A stretch of DNA of 64,000 nucleotides from Psammoneis japonica. Its lineage: Eukaryota. Below are positions 33,178-46,269 of this stretch, piece by piece. Position 1 is the first letter of the stretch, and each line of letters begins with the position of its first letter. A model generated the notes under the pieces. The model searched no databases. It saw only the letters and a program-made list of their open reading frames with translations, and was not told the DNA's origin. The translations under genes and the position numbers were made by a program. Where the stretch lies: contig QPGO01000064.1 in NCBI GenBank assembly GCA_008632985.1, forward strand, positions 62,001 to 126,000, in the 5' to 3' direction.

Positions 33178-34899
33178 TTTTTGTTTTTGTTGTCTTGTGA
33201 CAAAGTATGGCGGATTGGGATATTAATAGATTGATTCTCCCTCCTGTTCTCTCCCAAAAGATTTCGGGAGTGTTCTCTGAGTTCTTGATGTTTTTTTGAT
33301 TTTTGATGTCCCCGCGCGCCAGCCTGATGAACGAGCGCGGTCTTTGATGCCGACATGACGTCACAAGCATTCTTCATCAGCTGCATCTATCAGGCACCAA
33401 GTCGAAGTGAGCCAAAGCAACCAGTCTCTGCCACAAGATGTCGGCATGCACTGTCCCTTGCACGATGAGCGATCCTACAACATGTCATGCACAACAACAG
33501 ACTGCTTTTCCAAGAGCTGTGGTGCTTCATGGAAGCAAAGGGGTTGCCTTGAGAGAAAAAATTGTCTTGTTGTGTGCCACCTTTTTGTGATGGCGGCTCC
33601 AAGAAGAGCTTTCTCACACAGCTCGGAAAATGAGGTTCTGCTGCTGTTTGGAAATTTTTGAGGGGATTTGCAGCACAGTCAGAGCTGCCTCCTCTCCCTT
33701 CCTTTTGGTTTTCCCAAACACCACAGTTTGCACCTGTGCCAAAAGCACAGCTGCTGCCAAAGATGACCTGGCGCTGACGCCATGGCTCTGGTTTTGTGAA
33801 AAGTTTGTTGTGTGCCATGACCTTGCAAAAAATGAGAAGTGCTTCTTGAGCATCTCTGGATGAACCAGGTGCAGGCCACATTTCAGCACTCTGCAATGCC
33901 CCCCACCCAGGGAGGCTGGGAACTCCTTGCGCATCACATGGCCTTGGCATTTTTGTTTTGTCTGCTGCCGCGCACCTCTTTCGCAGCTGCCCAAACTCTC
34001 CATCAACCCCGTGCAATGCAATGTCATGCAACACATCTCTTTTGAAGCATGGCTCCATGGGACAATGCCACCTGCACATCTTGCAAAACAGATTCTCCAT
34101 TGTTGCTGCTGCAACCCAAAACTTGCATTGACAGCAGAGCTCTTTCAAGAGGCTTTGTCGCCTGTCACTGGTGCCACACCCCCCACTTTGGCAAGCTGCC
34201 AAGAGACATGCAGAAAATTTTTCTGTCATCTTGGTGTGAGTCACATGTCACTTGAAACCCTCTGAGGCCAGGCCACTCATTGCAGTGATTGGGAAAAATC
34301 TTGTGCTGTCACAGCTCCAAGATTTTGGCAGCAACACTCAAGTGTTGTCAGTGCTGCTGCTGCATTGTCATTCCTGGGAGCCAATTTCAGCACCATGTCA
34401 ACCAATGGCAAGGACTTGCTCAATTTTTCCACTTCCTTTTTGACATCAGCACAAGCAAGCTTTTCCTCATCAGCTTCTTTCACACCAGGCCATGTTGTTG
34501 CAAGTGGCTGTGGCCCAGGACACCACCACCAGCACGAGCAACACAACCCCCCCAAGCCAACTTTTGCTTTTCTGGCATCATCACAGCGAAGTTGTTGGAG
34601 CAGCTCCTGTTGCACCAGGGTTGTGTTCTGCTGATGCAGCAGGCCTTCTCTCTCCCACATCTGTGGCACAACGCTGGTGAGAAAGTTGACTTTCTCTCCC
34701 AGTGCCAAGGCTGACTCAGCCTTTTCCTTGTCAAGATTGAGCTCTCAAAGTTCAGTGTCTGTGGACATGAGCTGCTCAGCTTGCTGTTGGACAGTGTTTC
34801 TGCAACAACCACCTGTTTTTGTCCATGCATGGAACACATGCCTTCCTCATGTGGCACATGCAGCAGGCTCTTGCAGCTGAGCCAAATGCCTTGCAACTT

Positions 34900-37100
34900 G
34901 GTTTGCTCAACATGCCAGCGCAGCTCACATCTTCCTTTGTGCAGCTTTGAGCACAAAAAATGGTTTGCTGTGCTCTTTTGTTGATGTCCAGTGCTGACCC
35001 AGTCAGAGATGTCACCTCCAACCTTGTGCTAATTTGGCATGTTCACCAGCTTTGTGCTGAGCACATTTGGCAACTTGGTGTCCATCCAGCAGAATGACTT
35101 GTTGTTGATGCCAAACCTGTCACAAAGCTGGGGTGGATGGCCATGGCAACCCACCTGGCGTCCAGTGATGTTGTCTTTGGCAGCTCAGCTGGCACTGAAG
35201 ATTTGCTGTGTTGGCAGCTTTGGCAACTCAATCCACAGCTGAGAACTTTGTTGCCTCTGTCCATGATGCCAGCTGATGAATTGAGTTTGTTGCAAATTGT
35301 TTTCATGTTGAGATGAGTTGACATCTTGTCATCCAAAATGGCAAAGAATTCCTCCACCCCCACACACAACGATGAAAAAGGGAGGCTGTGTCAGCACGTG
35401 GATTCAGAGGCAAATCAATGACAATGCAGCCACTTGCAAGTGTGCAACGCAGCCATGAATTTGCCGAGGTGGTTTTTTTGTGCAAAACAGAGGCAACTTC
35501 ATGCTTGTGTTGTTTGCAAGTGCCTTGCAAAGCATGTCGTCTGGTCAGTCTTTGTGAACCTGCATCACAATGAGGAGTCCTTTTCAATTTTTGGCACAGA
35601 TGCAAAGTCAACTTGGAGAGGGCAATGATGTGCACTTTCTTTGCTCCCTCTAATGTGTTTTTGTGGAGTTGACTGCATCCCTTGACAAAGTTTGTGGCAA
35701 CATGAAAATTGTCCTCCATTTCCTCAAGAGGACAAGATGACCATTGCAGTTGGTCAAAAGAGTGGTGTTGATGGGAACAGTCTTGCATTGTTGGCTGGTT
35801 GTTGCAGCTCCCTTCTCAATGCTGTTGGCTGTTGTCTGACTCATCACCAATGCAAGCAGCAGGTTCATCCAGCAGGTCCTCCATCAGCAAAGCACTGGGG
35901 GTGCCTTGAGAATCATGTCATTTGCATGTCATCTGTCATTGCAGGTTGGTGGGTCTGACCAAGAGCTGCTGTGGTGGTTTGAGGACTCCTGAGGCTGTTT
36001 CACATTGGAGCACACACTGAGAAATGCCAGTTGCTCCTGCTGCTTTGGCCATCTGCCCAGCTGTCTCCTCACTTCAACATGTCTTGCAAATGAAGAATGA
36101 AGGAACCAGGCAACAAATTTGATGTGCTGATGTTCCTGAATCAGCGCTGTCCTCACAAACAAATGAGTGATCTTGAGGCACAACTGCTCCAAATCTTTGA
36201 CAACCTTGGTCCTGCACTTTTTGTCCTTCAAGGCTTCCCAAAAGACATGGTCAGCAACAGCCCCTCCAAGCCTCCCCTGCAATGTGGCAAGGAATCTCTG
36301 ATGGCTGTGCCATCTTTTTCAAAATGTTCCACATCAACCTTGTTGCAAAAGCATGGCAGCAGATTTTTCACAAAAGAGTGAAAGGGGCTGACAGTGGAGT
36401 GAAGATGCTTTCTCTTGGAGCCAACTCTTGCTGTTGATGCTGAACAAGAGTGAACATCACAGTGAGATTCAAACCACAGTGGCAACTGCGTGCATTAAAA
36501 ACACACACAAAATGACAAAACAAAAATGCTCACATCATTGCATTGTTGTGTGAACAACTTTTCAGCGCATGCAAGGAAAACAATCATGTGCAGAGGCTCA
36601 GCAACACAAGCTTCAGCTGAGCGGACCATTTGTCAATGCAGCTGGTTGACACACCCATCAGTGCTTCAGCAGCTGGGATGCCCATTGAAGCGTCAGTTGT
36701 CCATTGAGCTGATGCTCTTCCTTTGTCCATGGTTGGCATGTCTTTCAAACACAGGCTGTTGAGATGTTGACTGCCGCCAAAGCCAGCTGTTTCAAACAAC
36801 AGCACAAAGATGACAATGAAAATGGGGCTTCCCCAGCACAGCCAGAGCACAGATGTCACAACCAGTGTGTTCAGCAAAGCAATGACAGCAGTGCAAAGTT
36901 GGAGCCAAAGCTGTTTGTTGCAGCTGCAAATGGGCATGACATGTGACAACTGGCATTTGTTGTTGAACACATGGAAATGAGCACATTTGTCGATGAAGAA
37001 GTTGAGAGGAGTGAAAACTTGCCCATTTGGAGCTGCTGCATGCATTTCATTGCACAAGAAGAAAAAAATGGCTCAGTTGGTTTGTGCTGTTTGCACTGGA
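34900..37100 (-). mobile_element. Degenerate Plavaka-like transposase relic
   Basis: QVFTPLNFFIDK (like PIIxFIDKT), RDSLPHCRGG and FHVATNFVKGCSQLHKNT (like FGxxxNFDxGxxExxHK) occur in the expected order. Confidence 0.45.
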
Positions 37101-37479
37101 TTGCACGCACTTGCACGTCAGAAAATTCAGATGGTTGCAGGGGACTGCACATGGCTCATGGCTCTGCATGAATTTTGAAATTTCAAACAAAGCGTGCAGT
37201 GCAGCAGGATGATGAAAATGGCAAAGATGCCACACATGAATGGGCATCAAACAAAGACACAAACCACAGCCAAATCAATGAGTGATGCAGCATGGCTCAG
37301 AAGCCAACAGAACAAAGTCTGTCATTGTTGCTGCTCCTCCTTTAATTGCACAAATTCAGGTTCACCAGTTGTGCACAATGCTGGCAAAGCTGTTGCCAGC
37401 GAACTGATTCAAGAAGATGCAAGCTTTGCTGAAAAGTTGGAGACACGCAGCAACTCCTCCACTGCAAGAGGGAAAGACA

Positions 37480-37850
37480 AGAAGCTGAAGATGCACCCAG
37501 CAAGACTCTGCCCCTCTTTGTGGGAGCTCCATGGCAGCTGCAAGTGCCTGCATGGGAAGACACCAGCTCAGTGTCTTGCTCCACAGAAGATGGCAGTGAT
37601 CATGGACATGGGCTGGAGCCCATCATTGTCCCAGATCATGCAATGGATCTGGGTGCATTGTGTGCAGCAGGTGCTGCCAAGGCAAGTGTCACACAGCAGA
37701 CAGGAGCCAAGGAAAAGGGCAGCCATGGAGGATGGTCACCAGAGGGGCTTGCAAGGTGCCATGATTTGGTGGACCAGGAGATCAAGGAAAAACCAAGTGT
37801 CAAAAGAAGCACAAAGACAAAACAGAGCACTCAGGATGCTTGAATTGTGA
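37480..37850 (+). mobile_element. Relic of TE-associated accessory ORF
   Basis: HGGWSPEGLARCHDLVDQ resembles the YxGWSxEGxxRYNxL motif, with Tyr replaced by His/Cys. Confidence 0.4.
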
Positions 37851-38586
37851 GGAAGCTGTCAAGGCGCAAGTGGATGACAACAGGAAGCTTGAGAGGAGGA
37901 AAGCTGTTGGCAAACTGTTGGATGCCATCAACTTGACAATCGACACCCCTGTCAGCAATCTTGAGATGGAGGAAGTCCAGCTGAGTCATTTCATCACTGT
38001 TTGAATGGTGCACAAAGCTTGTGTGTTGCAGCCAAAAAAAGTTGCCAAGCAAAAATGGATGGATGTTTTGGAAGAAAACATCCAGATTTCACCCGCTGAC
38101 ATTGCAGTCAAAATTGCCAAACATTTTAAAACAAGTTTTGAAGCATGTGGGCAGTTTCACCAACTGACAAGCTTCAATTTTTTTTGCAGCTGCAGTTGGT
38201 GCAGTGGTGTTTTGCAGCAAAATGGATGATCAGAGTTGCATGATGCCGTGACTCTGGGGGCGGCTGGAAAGTGCTTGTGTGAGGCCAGTTTTCTCTTGAG
38301 CCGGTGGCTGCCAACAACCACTCTGAGAGCACCCAGCAGCTTTGAACTCAGCAGCACATGTTGTGACATCACAAACAAAGTCAAAGAAAAGAAAAGAAAA
38401 GAGAGGAGGGAGAGAGAGTTTGCCATTGGGGCCACTTTTGCAGCAGCAAAGTCCAAAGAAGTTGTCAAAAAGAGCCACACATTGCTGTGGTGACTTGCAC
38501 AAAAAACACACGGGGGCAGTCTGCACAGATTCCATGCATGGCCAAGTGTGTGAAGTTGTTTCCAAATGCCTTGTGTGGTTGTTGTT

Positions 38587-40380
38587 GGAGCATTGCCATT
38601 TTGTTGACCAAGCCCACATTGGCTCAAGCACTCACAGACTTGCCACATGGGTTGCAATCACATGTCTCATGCTGTCACCGGTGCTGCCACTTTGCCTCTG
38701 TGTTGGCCTGGCATGCGGAAGCCAAATGGTGAGAACACAAACCAGTCTTCCTCAGAATTTGAGGAGGCAAGTGCTCAGCATCATGCACACTTGTCAGCAA
38801 TCTTTTTGCTGCAAAAGTTGTCTGGTGTTTGTCCTTCCAAAAACATCCTTGAACCTCAATGTTCCAACACACTCCTTCACATGAGCCATTGACAGGTTGG
38901 CCTTGTGTGCTCCAGTCAAAGGAGGACAACAGCTGGAAACCCTGCCACCCAGTGCCATGCCACTCAGTGTGACTCTGGACCCTTGGCTGACCTTGTCCAA
39001 CTCCACTTTTAAATGGCCATCATTGCTGTTGAGCAAAGGACAGTCATTCGTTGCATGCCAAACTTTGTCACATTTCCAGCACTCAAGCTGACTCTTCTGT
39101 TGCTGTGGCTGCAAAGCTTGCACCCTCAGGTTTCTTGTTGGTCGTGTGCATGTCCAACACCTGTGGCACCTCCTTGGCCAACTTGGGACAATTGTCAACC
39201 CCCAATGCAAGCTGCCAATGCAGGTCTTTCAAGATGTGCCAACATTTCTTTTGGCAAGTGCCCTCCACTGGCATCACAGCCAACAAGTTGTCTCTCATTC
39301 TTCTGGGTGTCATTGGCATCCGCGCTGAACCCAGCAGCTTCTTTCTTGGCAATTTCTTCCAGGATGGTCCTGCCACAGGACCTTCTTGCCATCTCAACAA
39401 ACTGCAACAGTGTCAAAATGCCTCTCTCTTGTCTTGACAAATGAGCGCCAGCTGCTTCCATGCCTTCATGGCCTGAGTGTGCTGGCTGGTGGAGTCTGGT
39501 GGCACTTGCATTCAAAAATGAGATCAGCCCCAGAATCTCCAACAGCGCTGCCATGTCAAACTCCTTTGCAACCCATGCAAACTCTGTTGCTCCTTCAACT
39601 TTGTGATGGGCTGCCTTCACACACTGCCCTGCAGCTGTTTTGAGCACTGTTGCCTTCTGTGCCTTGTAGATTCTGCCCTCTTCCACACAGCGACTGCATT
39701 GTTTCCCCGAGACTGCTTTGTGCTTCTCCAGCACAGATGCACCAGACAGATGTTCCAGCTCCTCTGGCTTGCTTTCCTGCCTCAAAGATGCTGGCTCCTG
39801 CATCTCTGGCCCAGACATTCTTCCAAGGTGCTCACTTGTCTTTTTTGTGATTTTTGTGCTTCCACCCCAACTCAGTGATGGCATCATGGTGCAACCACTC
39901 TCCTTGCAGTCTTTCACGCTTCTTCAAGGCTCTCCAGAGATTGTTTCTTTGCTTGCGGCTCCCTGAGCCAGGGTGACAAAATCTCATGAAGCCACCCCTT
40001 TGACTGGAGAACAGCAAATCAACAAACCACTCTTGTCAGCCCAGCAAGCTCACATGCCACAATCACTTGCACCAACCAGGTCTTAGACTCCTCTCAACTT
40101 CCCAGCCTTCCCTTGGGATTTCTCTCAACTTCCCAGACCTTGTGCCTTTTGGCTTCTCTGTGCTGGAGCTTTGCCATTTTGCTGACCAAGCCTGCACTGG
40201 TTTGAGGAGCCATCCCAGACTCATCACATGGACTGCACAAACACACATCCTGTGCTGTCACAGGTGCTGTCACTGTGCCTCTGTGGCTCCATGCCAACCT
40301 GGTGCAGAAACTGAAAAGTGAGGACAAACCAATCTTCCTTGGAATTTGAGGGTGCAAGTGGTGCTCAACATCATCCACCC
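38587..40380 (-). mobile_element. Degenerate gag-only LTR-like element B
   Basis: Direct repeats 38587-38790 and 40165-40380. Zinc knuckle CWKCDKVWHATNDC and GVDNCPK (like GxDxYPK). Collinear with element A. Confidence 0.65.
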
Positions 40381-40779
40381 TCACAAAATGAATGATGTTC
40401 TTCTGCCATTTTGAAGAGCCTTTTCAAGTTCTGGCAGCACCGCAGCCAGATGGCAAAGATTGTGACCCCGATTCCACACCTGCCACACACCGCCGCTGAA
40501 ACAATGTGCGCAACCAAGAACAACAAAATGCTCACACACAGTGTGTCTGTTGTGTTGTTGCTCCTGTGTCCATTGTCGTAAAACTGAGAGAAGCTGCACT
40601 GTTCCATTCACACGGGCCTGCCACAAGGCTGTGCAGGCACCCCTGCCAGGTTTCAGAACGCAGTGCATCCTCTGACTGTCTCAGAAATCTGAGGTTGAGT
40701 CTTGCCTTGCAATGGTTGGGTTCCCTGAGACAGCACCATTGTCTCCTCTTCAGGGCAGGGTCAGTGGTTGCTCCACAGC

Positions 40780-42890
40780 TGGCAACTGTGTCAATCGTCC
40801 AATTGCTCAAATGATGGCTGATGGCACAGTTGTGGGAAGAGGTTTGGGTGCAAAAAATCTGCATTGAAACCTGCACTGCCATCAACATTTTGTCAATCAA
40901 AGAAAGGCTCAATGCTGTGCAGAATCAACTTCAAATGTTGTGCAATGACCAAAAGCAAGAAATCGCAAATCAGATCATTGATCAGGTTAATCAACGAAGG
41001 GGAAGATTTCTTCTCACAAAGGCAATTTCAAGCTAAAGTGACAAGTGTCCATGTCACATGAGGAGGTGGACAAGCGCACAGCTCTGAAGAAGTGCTTGCA
41101 CTGACTTTGAGAAAAAAAGAAAGCCACAAAGGCAACTGCATCTCTTGTTGAACAGGTGCATCATCTTTGTCAACAGCAGAATCTTTTCAGACAAACAGCA
41201 GAATCTTTTCAGACAACATGATGTCTTGTTTGGCCCCATGTCCCCAGCGCATGACCACATCAGAAATTGTTGCTTTTGTGTGCCAGTCAAGAGGAGAGGG
41301 GAAGAATGTGTGCAGGCTCAAACAACAAAGGCAAAGAAGGAAATTGCAGCGCAAGTGCTTGACAAGGTTGTGTTGAGGGGTGGGTGATTTCTTGGCAAGA
41401 ACCCATCCAAGAGTGGCAGTGGTTGCTTTGCTTGGGAGGAACTGGGTGTGAGCAAAGCTCTTCAGAAGTGCTTCAATGCTCTCTGAGAAAAGAGAAAATC
41501 AACTCCAAACCACGACATTGCATGTGCTCAGGTGTGTTGGATTTCAATCATCATCTCTCTCCCACAAAAGCATCTGTGAATGAGGTTCAATTGATTCAAG
41601 ACACAGAAGGAATTTTGCTTTGTCCTGTGTGGCAGCAAGCCCAAGTGCACAAGCCAACTGTTTCTCCCTTTGGTGCGTCAATCAGTGCGCTTCAGTCAGC
41701 CCAGCAACCAACTGATTTTTGCATTGTGTCAGAAGACCTGCAAAAGGCCTGCATTCTCCATCAGGAAAACATGCTGATGGAAGAAGGTGCGGCTGGATTT
41801 TGCTCAATTCCATGCAAAGTGTCCCGGAACACCCTGCGACACCTCTGGAGGAACAAGAAAGGGAAAGACAAATGCTTTTGGAAGACAAGAAACTGCCAGT
41901 CCTGTCTGACCCAGTTGGCAAGAAGTTGCATGGCAAGGAGCAAATGAAACAGAACATGGGAGCACTGTCAGGTTGATGAAACATGAGATCAACCTGATGC
42001 CCATGCCCAGAAACATGCTCTTCTTGAAGCACAATTGAAGTGTCACCCTGAAGAGTTCAGTGATTCAAGGTTGAAGGCTTTCCTTTGCCACTCTGATCAG
42101 AATCCAAAGGTCAACAAAACAGAAATGACAGATGTTGCAAATTTTTTCCACCTTTGTCCTCCATCTAAAGAGCGCGCCATGTCTGTTCCCTTTCATGATC
42201 GCAGCCTGCCACAGAAAGGTTGGCATGTGTTGTTGGGAGTGCCGCAAATGAGCACTTGGGTCCAACAAGTGCTGCCTGCCCATGGCCATTGATGGCACCT
42301 TGTGTGATGATGTGGTTGCTCTCCGTGCTGGCTTTGCCACCATGTGCTTCCACACACCATGATGGCTCTGGAAGGCAGATGACATGGGTCAACATGTTGT
42401 GGCACACAGGGATTCGACACGTGAATGAAAGCCTGGCAAGGTTGCTTTTCACGTGTGGCTTGTGCGTCCAAAGAAAAGCACTGTTCTGACATTTTGTGTG
42501 GCTTCCTTTCAATTGAGATTCAAGCAATGTGGCATCTTTGCGAGATTCTAATTCCGCAAGATGCAGATGGCAGGGGAGTGATCAGAATCCCGCACAGTGC
42601 AAAAATGCAACAATGTTGCACATGTGTCCCAAGCAACTCTGTCCTTTTCTGGAGTTCACCAGAGATTGTTGGCCAATCAAAGTGAGCGTGGATCATGTCT
42701 TGAGCATGTCTCAAGAGGTGACGAGCTCACAGCAGAGCTTGCCAAGTGTGGAATGCTTCGGGACATGCTGCCAACTGAAGTGGGAGGAACAGTGGAAGTG
42801 AGGCACAATGAGTGGATTGCTGCCAGGCAAAAGATGGAAAGTGAAGAGCTGCACACACGCCATGTCCGTGGAGGACAGCCATGAGTCAAT
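40780..42890 (+). pseudogene. Hypermutated paralogous copy of the DUF6824/CRAL-TRIO gene at 43693-46038
   Basis: Collinear homology, e.g. 42262 ccaacaagtgctgcctgcccatg vs 45351 ccaacaagtactacctgcccatg. Contains stops, frameshifts and a mutated splice donor. 3' flank homology extends to ~43160. Confidence 0.92.
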
Positions 42891-43692
42891 GGGGCCCTTT
42901 TTTAGAGAGCTTGTCACACTGGCTGGACACTGTGTGCCAGGTGCCGGATGTCACTCTTAGAGTCATGCTTGACCCAAAATGGACAGTGTCCTGGGACATT
43001 GACAAAGTCCTCAGGGCAGCTCAAGGTTGTGGCATGGATGCAGTGCCGCTTGCTCCTCCAGCACTCAGAGCAGTTTCCTGCTCTCCACACGGCAGTCCCA
43101 GCCAGCTGGACAGGCTGGGCCCCACAGTGTGTTTTAAGAGGGTGCCAGAGCATTGCCGCATCCCTTGAGGGCTGCTCTCTAGTAGAGTGCCCTCTGACTC
43201 TACTCTACATGCTCTAGCTAGAGTAGAGAGTGTAGAGGGCACCTTTAGAGCGGGGACCAATTACAGTGTTAACATTCGCAACGTGCTGTGACAGGGCCCT
43301 GAGTGATGACGTGTAGCATGACGCCATGTGCAATCATTGACTCGCGCGCGCTGCGCAAGCAAGAACACAACACATGCATCGAGTTCTTCAACATCACAGC
43401 ACACACCACACACGGAACGCGAACGCCACGGTCTGTATGGTATGTATGGTGTTGCAGCACCTGCTGATAGATCGCATTAGCCAGTTTCTTTGTCGCTTGG
43501 CTAACTTTCGGTACTCAACATACACATACAGTGAAGGTGAAAGGTGGGGAACTGTGCATTGGTTTCCATTTAGTACGAGGCGCGAAACTTGCTGTTAGAA
43601 TCGCAACACTCTTTTGCTTGTTGCAATACTCATTATCAAAGAACATCCTCAGTGCTATCCTACTGTAACTCTCTGAATGTTTGCCGAAGAAA

Positions 43693-46038
43693 ATGACATC
43701 GGCTCTGCAACGCGGAATTGAAGATTGTTCAACCACTCTCCCTACCTGTGCAAATCGCTCCATCGTCGAAGTTTCGTCTAATGACGTAGTTATGGGAAGA
43801 GGTTCGGGGGCAAATAATCGACGTGGAAACCGGTACTTTCGTCAGCTTGTCGATCAAAGAAAAGCTGAATACTCGGTCGCAACAACAAAGGAGAGGAAGA
43901 GAGAAATCGCGAGAGAAATTATACGCCAGGTTCATAGGCGAGGAGGAAGGTTCCTTCTAGTAAAGGAAACTCCGGACGGAAGTGGCGAGGGCGCACATTA
44001 CGAGGATGTGGACGAGCTAACAGCTATGAAGAAGTGCCTTCATGCACTCAGAGAAAAAAAGAAAGCCAAGGCTGCACCTTTCGTAGAACCGGTATGTTCG
44101 TTGACTATGTTTGTTTATTTGTTGAGTTTCGTCGTTTTAAGGTGATGAACATATGCTCTCTCAACTTTCGTTTCAGGCATCTGACGTTTGTCAATCGGTC
44201 ACCGAAGGCTTTGCGATTTCTCTAATGAATCATTGTGGCCGTGAAGAGCAGAATCTATTCCGACCGGATGATGTCTTGTTTGGCAGCGTGTCCCTGACTC
44301 ACGACTATATCGGAAATCGTCGTTTTCGTTGGCTTGTCGAAATGCGACAAGACGAATACTTGCAGGCACAAACAAAGAAAGAGAAGAAAGACATTGCAAC
44401 GCAACTGCTAAACGAAGTCTTGTCGAAGGGCGGACGATTTCTTTGCGAGAACCCATCCAAGTTAGCCCTTGGTTGCTTTGCTTATGATGAATTGGGTGCC
44501 CGTAGAGCTCTTCAAAAGTGTCATCAGGCTCTCCGAGAAAAGAAAAGGTCATTTTCTAACCACCACGATATACCTTGTGTTATTGAGAAGGTATGTTGAT
44601 TTTCAGTGGGAATACCTTTTCACCTCGCATACTGTTTTTCAACAATCACCTTGTTTGTTCGAGTAGCCCACAAGCGCGCATGGCGATGATGTTCAATTGA
44701 GTAATGACACGGGAGGGACGCCACCTTATCCTTTGGGGCAAAGCTATGCTCCAGGCGTTTCGCCCTTCGTGTTGTCGGATAAGTCTCAGTCAGGCGAGCC
44801 ACCGGCTGATCTGGGCCTGGCGACTAACTGGCGAAACACCGATGTTCTCAATCAGAAGGACATATTGACAGAGAATGAGGCAGCATGGTTTGTACTGAGT
44901 TCCTTGCAAAGTGTTTCGAAACGCCCGGTGATACCTCCGGAGGAACAAGAAAGGGAAAGACAAATGTTGACAGAAGACGAGAAATTGCTAGTCTTGTCTG
45001 ATCTAGTTGGTAAGAAGCTCACATTGAGTCCCAACGTACATATCAGACAGAAACATGACCGCGCGTTCCTCTTGATGAAGCGTGAGATCGATCATATACC
45101 CGTTGCTCAGAAGAGTGCTCTTCTCGATGCACAATCGAAGTGCAGCCCCGAAGAGTTCAGCGATTCGAGGTTAAAGGCGTTTCTTCGCTTTTCCGATTGG
45201 GATCCAAAGGTGAAAGAACTTCTGCAACCTATGTCTATGGGTGCGTCTTGGCTCACTGTACTAGTGCTAACTATTATGTCTTTCATGCTTTACAGGCCGC
45301 CGCGGAAAGGTTGGCATATTATTGGGAGTGCCGCCGACGAGTTTTCGGATCCAACAAGTACTACCTGCCCATGACCATTGATGGCGCGTTGCGAGATGAT
45401 ATGGTTGCTCTTGATACTGGCTTCGCCACTATCCTTCCTCACCGTGATGGTTCTGGGCGGCAAATATTATGGGCGAACACGTTACGTCATACTGGTATTG
45501 GATATACAAACGAAAGCCTGGTACGTGTGTTGTTTGGCATGCCGCTTGATAATGTCGATTTGACTCAAAAATGATGTGACCGTCCTTCCCAACTCAGATT
45601 CGAGCTGTGTGGTATCTTCATGAGGTTTTGATGCGGCATGACACACATGGTAGGGGTGTCATCCGGATCCCGCAGTTTAGAAATGCGACCATGTTGCATG
45701 TGTATCCCGAATATATCTGTCCTTTTCTAGAGTTTACGAGGGATTGCTGGCCAATCAAAGTGAATGCCGATCATATATTGAACATGTCCCAAGAGATACG
45801 AGACTGGTTGGAGCCGTTCCTTCTTGCAGCTTCGGGCAAGCATGTGCGATTACGTTCCTTAAATCATAACGTCCCAGAGGACGAGCTCATATCAGAGCTT
45901 GCCAAGTATGGAATACTGCGAGACATGCTACCAACTGATGTTGGCGGAACGGTGAAGGTGAATCATACTGAGTGGATTGCTGCCAGACTAAAAATTGAAA
46001 GGGAAGAGCCATATGTCTACCACTTCTATGAAGAATGA
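43693..46038 (+). CDS. Two DUF6824 domains plus CRAL-TRIO-like domain; exons 43693-44091, 44177-44590, 44667-45209, 45296-45520, 45598-46038
   Basis: DVVMGRG...GNRYFR...GGRFL...KKCLHALRE pattern twice, AFLRFSDWDPKAAAERLAYYW...VFG, LPTDVGGT. Four in-phase GT-AG introns. Confidence 0.88.
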
Positions 46039-46269
46039 CTCCGTGGCTTTCGGGGACGAAGTCAGAAAAGGTCAGAAGAAGCAAAGTCATTCTAGGATGC
46101 CTTCCGTGTTTTGGTGTCAGCTGGCGGAATAGATTGCTCTCGCTTGACATCGTAGGATGACACACATGTTAGGTAATCATGGGTACATCCACTCCGGCCT
46201 CCAGACCTGGTTGAATAAAGATCGCACAGCATGGACTTCATGCCTGCTTGGAGCTGTAGCTTCGCTTCG

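Larger units (their letters stand above)
33390..43175. other. TpA/CpG-depleted block 4 (~9.8 kb) of nested TE relics and a captured gene copy
   Basis: TA almost absent, CG rare, dense Tyr-free ORFs in all six frames. Confidence 0.85.

Noticed and set aside
33390..43175. Dozens of overlapping Cys/His/Trp/Gln-rich ORFs here and in 3750-7600 and 9095-17170, as novel small proteins or a recoded genetic code
   Set aside because: Loss of TpA removes TAA, TAG and Tyr codons in all six frames, so long ORFs arise by default. The paired pseudogene shows they are decay products, and neighbouring genes use the standard code.
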